NCBI GenBank assembly: GCA_050951925.1
Contig: JBMNJZ010000001.1
Coordinates: forward strand, 1,195,915-1,259,914
Direction of reading: 5' to 3'
Length of the DNA: 64,000 nucleotides
Source: Saccharofermentanales bacterium
Lineage (GTDB): Bacteria > Bacillota > Clostridia > Saccharofermentanales > DTU023
Positions within the stretch are counted from its first letter, which is position 1. Each line of letters opens with the position of its first letter. The notes below the pieces were generated by a model, which worked only from the letters and a program-made list of their open reading frames with translations, was not told the origin of the DNA and made no database searches. The translations under genes and the position numbers were made by a program. Positions 39,101 through 47,506 of the stretch are shown in pieces.

Positions 39101-39727
39101 CGCTTGGAAATTAAGGAGCTGGGGACTGTCAATGTGGATGCTATCCATGAGTGTGAAAGTCTAATGGACCGATATGATTTTATGGAGAAACAACGCGATG
39201 ACATTGAATTGTCCAGGAGAGAATTGACAGATTTAATCAAGGAGCTTGATTTGGCAATGGCAGATCAATTCAAGCACTATTTTATGGAGATAAGCATTAA
39301 TTTTGATTCGGTATTTAAAGAATTATTTGGAGGGGGATATGCTGAATTGTCTTTGCAGGATGCAACTGAAATTCTCAATACTGATATTATTATCAAAGCG
39401 CAACCTCCGGGGAAACGTCTACAGAATCTAAGTTTGCTCTCCGGTGGTGAAAGGAGTCTGACTGCCATTGCCTTACTGTTTGCTATCCTCAGAATGAGAC
39501 CGGCACCGTTCTGCGTTTTTGATGAGGTTGAATCTACGCTTGACGATGCCAATGTTCTAAGATTTACTAATTATATCAAGCGCTATGCCGATAAAACTCA
39601 ATTCATTTTGGTTACCCACCGCAAGGGGACAATGGAAGCAGCAGAGCGACTTTATGGTGTAACAATGCAGGAAAGGGGAGTCTCCAGCATTTACTCTATG
39701 AAGCTGTCAGATTATCCTGCAGATTAG
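36152..39727 (+). CDS. smc: Chromosome segregation protein SMC
   Basis: GFKSF, GPNGSGKSN, hinge GRATFLPL, LSGGE, DEVESTLD. Confidence 0.96.
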   Translation: MHLTSLEMQGFKSFPEHTVIEFHKGITAIVGPNGSGKSNVTDAIRWVLGEQSVRSLRGDKMEDVVFNGTENRRAMGFAEVAINFDNSDRVLPLEYKHLRIVRRYYRSGESEYLINQTPCRLKDITALFMDTGIGRDGYSLISQGKVDEVLSSRSEDRRRIFDEASGIVKYKMRKIEAERKLERTDNNLIRINDILHELSDRLPYLQNQAEKARVFLDLSTSAKKLDIALILYQLSVREKEANRQSEARDRLSEDLAATEADIAQVRQEYETIGQSIRDLEQYADNLRQKYAQALDELSLKTNSIGLLNEQNKHLAREKAEALSELERLSQQQELLIAEQETREHKQKVLEQQKEVFGKQLAVVEGKYQALLAQMEEQAQAQDHRRQMLSSTRERIFAIETAQIRFQSEIELLDRQRSSLQQQIVAFESEQVDLHRAKAEAQTVLNALEQEVSLLSAHRSETEQFLSQKNLEIDSLAAEHDSILQQIRDYQYQQATLTKLEENLEGYQAPVRSIMQKVLTDPEFAPDMIGPIGSLIDMSPEFETAVEVALAAGANYLVTTTVESAQVLIKWLRETDNGRATFLPLETIVPGILDSDLIARVQKCPGYLGFASELVSFPETIRKAVQYQLGQVLICDTLDHARAMANNIHYGCKIVTLDGDVIHPGGSMSGGSIRCSASGVVGRSGRIAELGRKINHLYEIEPELSQKLDEARAELLETTSRNDEEIIKIQQISEKLNNQRLKLESFSEAEDKLKYELEHLETALAELFAEQTKLQEQSITSQEELDAERKATITLTEIIEQESAKREADRAERDRLREQQTDLKIALGSIEQTLAGIIDFIKHLNEQAVSDELRRSQLKQLIASAEEKHSDNISDLEKLAVEAEQVRDGIANSLADIDEQNREKALLEDQRLRLFRNIETQSDSLSSIKGEMVRLEETIIRIEQNNDILRNRLWEEYELTETTAQQWKQDIISYNKSLKEFNNLRLEIKELGTVNVDAIHECESLMDRYDFMEKQRDDIELSRRELTDLIKELDLAMADQFKHYFMEISINFDSVFKELFGGGYAELSLQDATEILNTDIIIKAQPPGKRLQNLSLLSGGERSLTAIALLFAILRMRPAPFCVFDEVESTLDDANVLRFTNYIKRYADKTQFILVTHRKGTMEAAERLYGVTMQERGVSSIYSMKLSDYPAD

Positions 39728-39749
39728 ATAGGAAATTCCGGGAGAAGAA

Positions 39750-40667
39750 ATGAGCTTATTAAATAAATTCAGAGATGGCTTATCCAAAACAAGACAATTT
39801 GTTACGGAGGGTTTCAATCGTGTGGCTGCCAACTTTGGCATTTTTGACGAAGACTTTTTAGATGAGTTAGAAATGATTTTTATCCAAGCGGATTGTGGCA
39901 TAGAGGTTTCAACAAAACTGGTTGAATCTGTCCGAGACAATATTAGAGAAGATGGCAAAGTTGATCGTGAACACGTTCTATCAATACTAAGACGAGATAT
40001 GCTTAATATTTTGAAAACAAAAGCTTTTACTCCGGATTTCAGTTCGCTCAATGTTGTTTTCATGGTCGGAGTTAATGGAACCGGTAAGACAACAACCGCG
40101 GGGAAAATTGCTTATCAATTTCAGAAACAAGGTACTAAGACCATGTTGGCTGCCGCTGATACGTTTCGAGCCGCTGCCATAGATCAGCTGAAGATCTGGG
40201 GAGAGAGAGCAGCTGTTCCCGTCATATCCAACACCCTGGGAACAGACCCTGCTTCCGTCGTTTATGACGCGATGCAATCCGCTAAGGCCAGAGCTGTAGA
40301 ATTGCTGATCATAGATACTGCGGGCCGTCTGCACAACAAACCTAATCTAATGAGCGAAATGGAAAAAATGCATAGAGTCGCAGCTCGTGAGGGGCGGGAT
40401 GCAGATGCTGTAATTCAAAACCTTCTGGTCTTAGATGCGACAACCGGGCAAAATGCGGTAGTTCAAGCCCGATCCTTTAATGAGTCAGTTTCTCTTGATG
40501 GCTTGATTATCACAAAGCTTGATGGCAGTGCAAAAGGCGGCATTGCTCTTGCAGTAGCGGATGAGATGTCACTGCCCTTGATTTATGCGGGTTTGGGCGA
40601 AGGTATTGATGACCTGGCCAATTTTGATGCGGAATTATTTGTAGAGTCTTTACTGCCGGAGGCATAG
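39750..40667 (+). CDS. ftsY: SRP receptor FtsY
   Basis: GVNGTGKTT, DTFRAAA, DTAGRL, TKLDGSAKGG. Confidence 0.95.
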   Translation: MSLLNKFRDGLSKTRQFVTEGFNRVAANFGIFDEDFLDELEMIFIQADCGIEVSTKLVESVRDNIREDGKVDREHVLSILRRDMLNILKTKAFTPDFSSLNVVFMVGVNGTGKTTTAGKIAYQFQKQGTKTMLAAADTFRAAAIDQLKIWGERAAVPVISNTLGTDPASVVYDAMQSAKARAVELLIIDTAGRLHNKPNLMSEMEKMHRVAAREGRDADAVIQNLLVLDATTGQNAVVQARSFNESVSLDGLIITKLDGSAKGGIALAVADEMSLPLIYAGLGEGIDDLANFDAELFVESLLPEA

Positions 40668-40690
40668 TCCGCGAATTGCACTCATAGTGG

Positions 40691-40734
40691 TGTCAACATT
40701 TTAGCTTGACATCCATGATCTTTCCCGTTATGCT
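40691..40734 (+). promoter_or_regulatory. ylxM-ffh promoter with an inverted repeat overlapping the -35
   Basis: TGTCAA-N9-TTGACA; TTGACA-17 nt-TATGCT ending 6 nt before the ATG. Confidence 0.6.
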
Positions 40735-40740
40735 TTCTTT

Positions 40741-41109
40741 ATGTGCCGAAATTATGATCAGGAAACAGAACATTTGCAACTATGCACTTTGCTGGATTTC
40801 TATGGTTGCCTGCTCAATTCAAGGCAGAAAGATATCATGAAACTATTCTATTATGAAGATTTCTCTTTAGCTGAAATCAGCGCTCTGAAGGGAATTTCCC
40901 GTCAGGCGGTTAACTCCACCGTACACCGCGCTGCTGAAAAACTCAGAGAATTTGAGCGGTCACTGAAGTTGGTTGAATTTTTCGCCAGTACTAGAAACTT
41001 GCGTCTGAGTTTAGAAACAGCGATTCATAACAGAGTATGGGAGGATGTCGAATCAGTACTTAGGGACTGGCACAATATAGAGAGAGTTCAGGTTCTCGAA
41101 CAGGAATAG
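40741..41109 (+). CDS. ylxM: YlxM/UPF0122 HTH protein
   Basis: LLDFYG.LL..RQ, YY.EDFSLAEI, ISRQAV; sits between ftsY and ffh. Confidence 0.88.
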   Translation: MCRNYDQETEHLQLCTLLDFYGCLLNSRQKDIMKLFYYEDFSLAEISALKGISRQAVNSTVHRAAEKLREFERSLKLVEFFASTRNLRLSLETAIHNRVWEDVESVLRDWHNIERVQVLEQE

Positions 41110-41118
41110 AGGAAAATA

Positions 41119-42462
41119 ATGGCTATTTTTTCCGGATTATCTGAAAAGTTGCAAGCTATAACTGAGCGTATGCGCGGCAAAGGTAGGATTACCGAACGTG
41201 ACCTCAAGGATATGATGCGTGAAATCAGATTAGCATTGTTAGAGGCTGATGTTCATTACCTGGTTGTCAAAGATTTAATCAAAGAAATATCAGATCAGGC
41301 CGAGGGCAAAGAAATAATCAAGAGCATCACTCCTGGTCAGCAGATAGTCAAAATAGTTAATGATGCTTTGACTGAAATACTAGGCGGCTCGGAAAGCAAA
41401 CTAGCTGTAAATCCCAGAGGATTCACTGTATATATGCTTTATGGTCTGCAAGGTGCCGGTAAGACTACAACTGCAGCCAAACTCGCCTATTTGCTTAAAG
41501 AACAAGGCAAGAAGCCGATTCTGACTTCTGTCGATGTCCATCGCCCCGCGGCAGCGGATCAGTTGCAGATTCTGGCGAAGAGTGTAGATGTACCGTGTTA
41601 TATCAACAAATCTGAAAAGAAAGCTGACTTAATTGCAACTGAGGCACTGGAGAGGGGAAAGTATTTGCTTTGCGATACTCTAATTGTTGATACTGCCGGT
41701 CGTACAACAATTGATCAGGAGATGATGACAGAACTGGAAGCAATTGCCACAGCGGTAAAGCCTGATGAAAAATTGTTAATTGTTGATGCCATGATTGGCC
41801 AAGAGGCCGTCAATGTAGCATTAGAGTTTGATAAATATATAGGCTTGGACGGATTTATAATGACCAAGCTGGACGGTGATGCTAGAGGAGGCGCGGCGCT
41901 CTCAATCAGACGTATGACCGGCAAACCGATCAAATTGGTCGGAATGGGCGAGAAAATTGACCAAATAGAAGTCTTTCATCCAGAGCGTATGGCCTCACGG
42001 ATACTCGGCATGGGTGATGTTGTCACCTTAGTGGAAAAAGCCGCTCGTCAAATTGATGAGGCCAAAGCACAAAAAACTTTAGAGCGGCTACAAAAAAATC
42101 AATTTACCTTGCAGGACATGCTGGAGCAATTTGAACAGATAAAAAATCTTGGTTCGATGCAGGATATGATGTCGATGCTTCCGGGTACAGCCGGAAAGCT
42201 GAAGGGAACTGAAGTAGATGAGAAAGAATTTGATCGCTTTGCTGCTATCATTCGTTCTATGACTATGCGTGAGCGTGACAACCCCAAAATCCTCAATGCC
42301 AGTAGAAGAAAGCGCATAGCCAGCGGGTCAGGAACATCAATACAGGATGTAAACCGTCTGATCAAACAATATGATCAGACGCAAAAGCTTATGAAGCAAT
42401 TTACCGGCATGTCAAAAGGCGGGAAAAGAGGTATGCTCAGTAGATTCGGCCTTGGTTTCTAG
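41119..42462 (+). CDS. ffh: Signal recognition particle protein
   Basis: ALLEADV, GLQGAGKTT, DTAGR, TKLDGDARGGAALS, M domain. Confidence 0.97.
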   Translation: MAIFSGLSEKLQAITERMRGKGRITERDLKDMMREIRLALLEADVHYLVVKDLIKEISDQAEGKEIIKSITPGQQIVKIVNDALTEILGGSESKLAVNPRGFTVYMLYGLQGAGKTTTAAKLAYLLKEQGKKPILTSVDVHRPAAADQLQILAKSVDVPCYINKSEKKADLIATEALERGKYLLCDTLIVDTAGRTTIDQEMMTELEAIATAVKPDEKLLIVDAMIGQEAVNVALEFDKYIGLDGFIMTKLDGDARGGAALSIRRMTGKPIKLVGMGEKIDQIEVFHPERMASRILGMGDVVTLVEKAARQIDEAKAQKTLERLQKNQFTLQDMLEQFEQIKNLGSMQDMMSMLPGTAGKLKGTEVDEKEFDRFAAIIRSMTMRERDNPKILNASRRKRIASGSGTSIQDVNRLIKQYDQTQKLMKQFTGMSKGGKRGMLSRFGLGF

Positions 42463-42505
42463 TCGGATCCTGTTGCTAGATAAATAATCTTCGTTGGAGG
42501 AAAAA

Positions 42506-42925
42506 ATGGCAGTAAAAATTCGTTTGAAGCGCACAGGCGCAAAAAAGCAGCCCAGTTACAGGATCGTGGTGGCAGATTCCCGCTCACCTCGTGACGGAAG
42601 GTTCATTCAGGAGATCGGTTTTTATAATCCGCAATCCAATCCCAAACAACTTAAAATTGATGAGGAGGCTGCAAAAGATTGGTTGGCTAAAGGGGCACAG
42701 CCGACTGATACTGTAAGAAGTATCTTAGTTAAAGCAGGAGTTCTGGCCGGTAAGGCTACATCAAGCACTAAAGCTGCATCGTCCGAGGCTACGATTAAGC
42801 TTGCCGGACAAGGAAAGACTGAACCCGAAGAAAAGCTTGACACGGTAGATACAGATGATGTTGAGACTACTGCTGAGGCAGATCCCGGTACTGCGGAAAT
42901 CGTTGTTGATGTCGAGGCGGAATAA
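42506..42925 (+). CDS. rpsP: 30S ribosomal protein S16 with acidic C-terminal extension
   Basis: [31 protein letters not shown]. Confidence 0.95.
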   Translation: MAVKIRLKRTGAKKQPSYRIVVADSRSPRDGRFIQEIGFYNPQSNPKQLKIDEEAAKDWLAKGAQPTDTVRSILVKAGVLAGKATSSTKAASSEATIKLAGQGKTEPEEKLDTVDTDDVETTAEADPGTAEIVVDVEAE

Positions 42926-42927
42926 AG

Positions 42928-43158
42928 ATGAAAGATTTCTTGCGCATATTGATTACACCACTAGTTCATTATCCTGAAGAAATATCTATTGTCAGTAATG
43001 AAAGGAATCGTCAGCACATTCTGGAAATACATGTTGCCCCTGAAGATATGGGGCGAGTGATAGGTAAAGGTGGCAAGCGTGCTAATGCTATTAGAACGAT
43101 CATGAAGGCCAGGGCGGCTTTGGAAGGTCGTCGCGTCACGGTAGAAATTGTCGATTGA
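42928..43158 (+). CDS. khpA: KH domain RNA-binding protein
   Basis: DMGRVIGKGG, AIRT; located between rpsP and rimM. Confidence 0.9.
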   Translation: MKDFLRILITPLVHYPEEISIVSNERNRQHILEIHVAPEDMGRVIGKGGKRANAIRTIMKARAALEGRRVTVEIVD

Positions 43159-43700
43159 GGCGTAAATTGATCTGTCGCCATTTTGTTATTGGTATTATAG
43201 TCGGGACCCATGGTATTGATGGTAGACTTAAGATCAGGCCTCTAACAGATGAGCCTGACCGTTTTCTAAAATTGACTGGAGTTTTACTTAAGGAACCATA
43301 TGCCGGCTTCAGTGAGTATGAAGTTATTGAAGCTAAACTTCATCGGCGGCAAGTACTATTAAGGCTTGACGGCATTCATACTAAAGACAAGGCGCAGGAA
43401 TTAGTCGGTCGCGAGCTGTGTGTTGTCCGGAGCCAAGCACTGGAGCTTGACAAAGATAGCTGGTATATCGCTGATTTGATTGGATGCAAAGTATATGACA
43501 GTATCAGGGGCTATTTAGGCACTGTCAAAGATATTCTGCAACAGCCGCATCATGATTTATATGTCATCGAAGATAAACACAAGAGGGATTTACTTTTCCC
43601 TGCCTTGAAGTCAATACTTACTTCCATTGACCCATACTGCGGAAGAATTGATGTAGAATTGCCCGTGGGATTGTATGAAATATATCGAGAGCCTGAATGA
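43155..43700 (+). CDS. rimM: Ribosome maturation factor RimM
   Basis: G.I..THGIDG, DLIGC.V, PRC barrel; synteny. Confidence 0.9.
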   Translation: MRRKLICRHFVIGIIVGTHGIDGRLKIRPLTDEPDRFLKLTGVLLKEPYAGFSEYEVIEAKLHRRQVLLRLDGIHTKDKAQELVGRELCVVRSQALELDKDSWYIADLIGCKVYDSIRGYLGTVKDILQQPHHDLYVIEDKHKRDLLFPALKSILTSIDPYCGRIDVELPVGLYEIYREPE

Positions 43701-44482
43701 TGAAATTTCAAGTCTTAACACTATTTCCCGAAGCTATCGCACCATATATTGCATCTTCGATTTTAGGTCGAGCTGTTGGCAAGAAATTGTTGGAGATAGA
43801 TTTGATTCAGATCCGCAATTTCGCTGTTAATGAATATGGCAAAGTTGACGATAATTTATATGGCGGAGGCAGCGGGATGCTGATGATGGCAGAGCCGATT
43901 TGGCAAGCTTGGTGTTTTGCTAACCGTCTGATACCTGATTCTGCTGATAAATACCAAGTTAGCAGTAAAACGAAAACTCTATATTTATCTCCCCGTGGCC
44001 GTATTTTTAATCATCGATACGCTCAAGAGCTGCTTGAAGCTGAACAAATAATACTAATTTGCGGCCATTATGAAGGCGTTGATGAGAGAGTGATAGAAAA
44101 AACGGGTGCTGAAGAAGTTTCTCTTGGTGATTTTGTTTTGACCGGCGGTGAGCTGGGAGCCTTAATTGTTGTTGATGCCGTAAGCAGGCTGATACCGGGA
44201 GTATTGTCAGATACCGCCTGGCGGCAAGAATCTCATGCAGAAGGTCTTTTGGAGGAGCCACAGTATACCCGGCCCGCTGACTGGCGCGGGCTTAAGGTTC
44301 CTGCAGTTCTTCTGTCTGGTCATGAAGCCGAGATCAAGCGTTGGCGCAGACTGGCAGCTTTGAATGTAACTCTGGAACAGAGACCGGATCTGCTGGGGGA
44401 ATATCCCCTTTCAGCAGCTGAATGGGAAGAATTGCTTGACTTTCGTGCTAATGATACAGACGATAAACCTGTTAATCCTTAA
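43697..44482 (+). CDS. trmD: tRNA (guanine-N1)-methyltransferase
   Basis: LTLFPE, GHYEGVDER, SLGDFVLTGGE, YTRP, LLSGH. Confidence 0.96.
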   Translation: MMKFQVLTLFPEAIAPYIASSILGRAVGKKLLEIDLIQIRNFAVNEYGKVDDNLYGGGSGMLMMAEPIWQAWCFANRLIPDSADKYQVSSKTKTLYLSPRGRIFNHRYAQELLEAEQIILICGHYEGVDERVIEKTGAEEVSLGDFVLTGGELGALIVVDAVSRLIPGVLSDTAWRQESHAEGLLEEPQYTRPADWRGLKVPAVLLSGHEAEIKRWRRLAALNVTLEQRPDLLGEYPLSAAEWEELLDFRANDTDDKPVNP

Positions 44483-44502
44483 TGATATGCTAAAATGACT
44501 TT

Positions 44503-45258
44503 ATGACTTTTCTGCTGATAATTATTTTAGTTTTGACGGTTCTGCTTAGATTGATTGGAACCATGAGTAATGCTCTGAGCCTAACTCTGATTGTGATCTG
44601 TGTCGGTGCCTTAGCTTATATGACTTACAGGACTTTACACTTGCATTATTATGCTTTTAAGAAACAGCAGATGCTGGGCGGGAAGTGGGCCGGCAGTATG
44701 CGCTATATCAGCGGCATAACCGGAAGAATTAGCGATTCCTGCTTTTTGTTTCTGACTGGTCAGAAGGATTTGGTCCTGGATGATAGACAGACGGATCTGG
44801 TTATACGAAGCGATGAGCTGGTGCGACTTTGTGTAATTGAAGCTGCTTTGCTGGCAAGAATTAATGATCGGGAAATTGCGGAAATGATGGGGATGGAAAC
44901 ACATCCGGCTTTGCATGCTATGCGCAGTTGGTTAATTCGTAACCCGGAAGCTAAGCGACATTTTATTTTGATGCTTTATTTGGTCAGGGAAGTTGAAGAT
45001 ATGCCACAGAGAGGAGAATTAGTAATTTTCAGCGATGTTGAGGGCAGAGGGCACATAAAGGAATTGCTGCGACAACCGGAAATTGCGGTCAAGGCCTTAT
45101 TGATACCTAAAGGGACAACGTTGGAAGAGCTATACCCGACTCAAGACAGAGAAAGCAAAAAGAAGAAAATATATTCTCATGTCAAAAGCAAGAAATCTTT
45201 GCCGTCCAGTAACCACATGAATGAAGAAAACGCAGAACCATTCAGCCCTTTGTCATAG
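44503..45258 (+). CDS. Hypothetical protein with two N-terminal TM helices
   Basis: 251-aa ORF filling the gap between trmD and moxR; no recognised motif. Confidence 0.65.
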   Translation: MTFLLIIILVLTVLLRLIGTMSNALSLTLIVICVGALAYMTYRTLHLHYYAFKKQQMLGGKWAGSMRYISGITGRISDSCFLFLTGQKDLVLDDRQTDLVIRSDELVRLCVIEAALLARINDREIAEMMGMETHPALHAMRSWLIRNPEAKRHFILMLYLVREVEDMPQRGELVIFSDVEGRGHIKELLRQPEIAVKALLIPKGTTLEELYPTQDRESKKKKIYSHVKSKKSLPSSNHMNEENAEPFSPLS

Positions 45259-45309
45259 GAATGGTTTTGAGGCAAAATATAACACAGAATTTTTTGTTCA
45301 AGGAGTATC

Positions 45310-46260
45310 ATGAATATTGAACCGCGCAGAGCAGGACAGCTTTGCCTGCTAATTGAAGAGAATATTTCCCATGTTATGGTTGGGAAGGAAGATGTCATCC
45401 GTAAATTAATGATTGCGCTGGCAGCCAGGGGACATATCCTTTTGGAAGATGTCCCTGGCATAGGTAAGACTACCTTGGTTTCCGCCTTAGCGAAATCTCT
45501 GGATTTGGGCTTTAGCAGAATCCAGTTTACTCCGGATGTAATGCCTTCGGATGTAACTGGCTACAATATGTACAATCCGTCTAAAGCCACTTTTGAATTC
45601 CATCCTGGCGTTATCATGACTCAACTGTTGCTGGCAGATGAAATTAACCGTACTTCGCCAAAGACGCAATCCGCTTTACTGGAGGCAATGCAGGAAAGTC
45701 AGGTGACCGTTGATGGACAGACATATGAATTAATGCAGCCATTCATGGTTCTGGCAACTCAAAACCCAATTGAACAGGTTGGCACTTATACTTTGCCGGA
45801 AGCTCAACTGGATCGCTTCATGTTGAAGATTACTCTGGGATATCCTAATCTGAATGAAGAAATGGCCATATTGGGTCGCTATTCCGAGGATAATCCTCTG
45901 GAGGATCTTAAATCAGTCGCATCGGGTCAAGATATTCTTTGGCTTCAGGATCAAGTGCGCTATGTCTATGTCAGTGATGCCATTAAAAGGTATATATCTA
46001 TTCTATCGGCTAAAACCAGAGAGCACCCTGAGCTGGAATTGGGTATCAGCCCCAGAGCGTCGTTGATGCTGATGCATGCCGCTAAGGCTGAAGCCCTGCT
46101 TTCGGGCCGTGACTATGTCCTGCCTGATGATGTGCAGAACATGCTCTTGCCCTGCTGGAGTCACCGTTTAATCGTGAAGCCGGAGGGGAGAATGAAACAG
46201 CAAAAGCCGGAGATGATCCTAAACCAATTATTGCGAGAGATCAGGGTACCGGAGCGTTAA
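45310..46260 (+). CDS. MoxR family AAA+ ATPase
   Basis: HILLEDVPGIGKT, RIQFTPD, DEINR..PKTQSALLEAM, ATQNPIE, LPEAQLDRF. Confidence 0.93.
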   Translation: MNIEPRRAGQLCLLIEENISHVMVGKEDVIRKLMIALAARGHILLEDVPGIGKTTLVSALAKSLDLGFSRIQFTPDVMPSDVTGYNMYNPSKATFEFHPGVIMTQLLLADEINRTSPKTQSALLEAMQESQVTVDGQTYELMQPFMVLATQNPIEQVGTYTLPEAQLDRFMLKITLGYPNLNEEMAILGRYSEDNPLEDLKSVASGQDILWLQDQVRYVYVSDAIKRYISILSAKTREHPELELGISPRASLMLMHAAKAEALLSGRDYVLPDDVQNMLLPCWSHRLIVKPEGRMKQQKPEMILNQLLREIRVPER

Positions 46261-46261
46261 A

Positions 46262-47506
46262 GTGACGCGCAGATTCTTCTGGATCATTCTGCTCCTGCTG
46301 CTGCTCTGGGTGGGTGCCAGCTATTACGGATATGCTGTGTTTCGTATCAGTATGATCCTGTTGTTTGTTGTACTGTTTTTCAGCTTGTTTAATGTCATCT
46401 ATTTGAGATTTAAGGTTCAAATTGAGCCGATGCGCTACAGTCAGGAGATATCCCGTCTGGAAACGGCAAGTTATTCATTGGATCTGATCTTGCAATCTGT
46501 TGTTTTGCCGGCGCAGCTGCGAATGATTGCCTGGTCCAGCCAATCTGATGAAACAGTTTTGTCCGAGAGTCGCTTATTGAACCTGACAGTCCGTCCTCGC
46601 GAAAGCAGAAGGCTGGTTGCATCGCTGGAGAGTCTGCATTGCGGTGTCCTGGAGCTGGGTGAGATTGATCTAAAGGTTCGAGATTTATTCAATATTTTCT
46701 GGTTGCGTGTTCCCGGTGTCGAGAAAAAACTGCGCTTTACGACTTTGGTATTGCCACGTCTATTTTACAAGCAGCAAAGCGCAGCAGTTGTCAAACAGTT
46801 AATTGATGAAGGTGAGTATGCCAGAGTTAGATTCTTCGATATGTCGGATGAGATTGATACCCTGCGTAAATTGCAACCCGGGGATACAATACGTCGAATT
46901 CACTGGAAAGTAAGTGCTCGTCTGCAGCAATTCATGGTGAAGCAATACGAAGATCCGCGGGAGGTGCGCTATTATATTATGCTGGATCCCGCCTATAATT
47001 TGACTGAGATTAAAGATGATGCACGGCGTGATCAGGAGAATTTTGCCAGAGATGATATGCTGGAATTGACTGCCAGCATTATCGCGGTTCTATTGGAACA
47101 AAAACAATGGGTTGAAATGGAGACATGGCATCCCGCCCGGATGTTTCAGGCATCAAATGAGGCCGGACATATCAGCTTTTTTCAGCGTCAGCTGGCATTG
47201 CTGCCACAGCAGTCTATGCGAGATATGGGTAGTCAGTTGGAGAGACTGAATGTTACTTACTCCATGTCATATTATGTACTTGTTGTCAGAAGCTTAACCA
47301 TAGAACTTGCTCAGCAGATAATCTCATTCCAGAAGACCTCTTTGGGCGTTATGCTATGTTTGATGGAGTCTCCGCCTCATAATGATTTAGAACTCCAAGG
47401 GGCATATGACGAGCTGCTTAATGAAGGAATCCAGATCGTCAGATTCGCAGATCTTGTTCAGAATAATAGTCTGAACCGTAATACGAGGGCTAATCATCAT
47501 GATTAA
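46262..47506 (+). CDS. DUF58 domain protein
   Basis: LRKLQPGDTIRRIHWKVSAR, MVKQYE; N-terminal TMs; follows MoxR. Confidence 0.85.
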   Translation: MTRRFFWIILLLLLLWVGASYYGYAVFRISMILLFVVLFFSLFNVIYLRFKVQIEPMRYSQEISRLETASYSLDLILQSVVLPAQLRMIAWSSQSDETVLSESRLLNLTVRPRESRRLVASLESLHCGVLELGEIDLKVRDLFNIFWLRVPGVEKKLRFTTLVLPRLFYKQQSAAVVKQLIDEGEYARVRFFDMSDEIDTLRKLQPGDTIRRIHWKVSARLQQFMVKQYEDPREVRYYIMLDPAYNLTEIKDDARRDQENFARDDMLELTASIIAVLLEQKQWVEMETWHPARMFQASNEAGHISFFQRQLALLPQQSMRDMGSQLERLNVTYSMSYYVLVVRSLTIELAQQIISFQKTSLGVMLCLMESPPHNDLELQGAYDELLNEGIQIVRFADLVQNNSLNRNTRANHHD

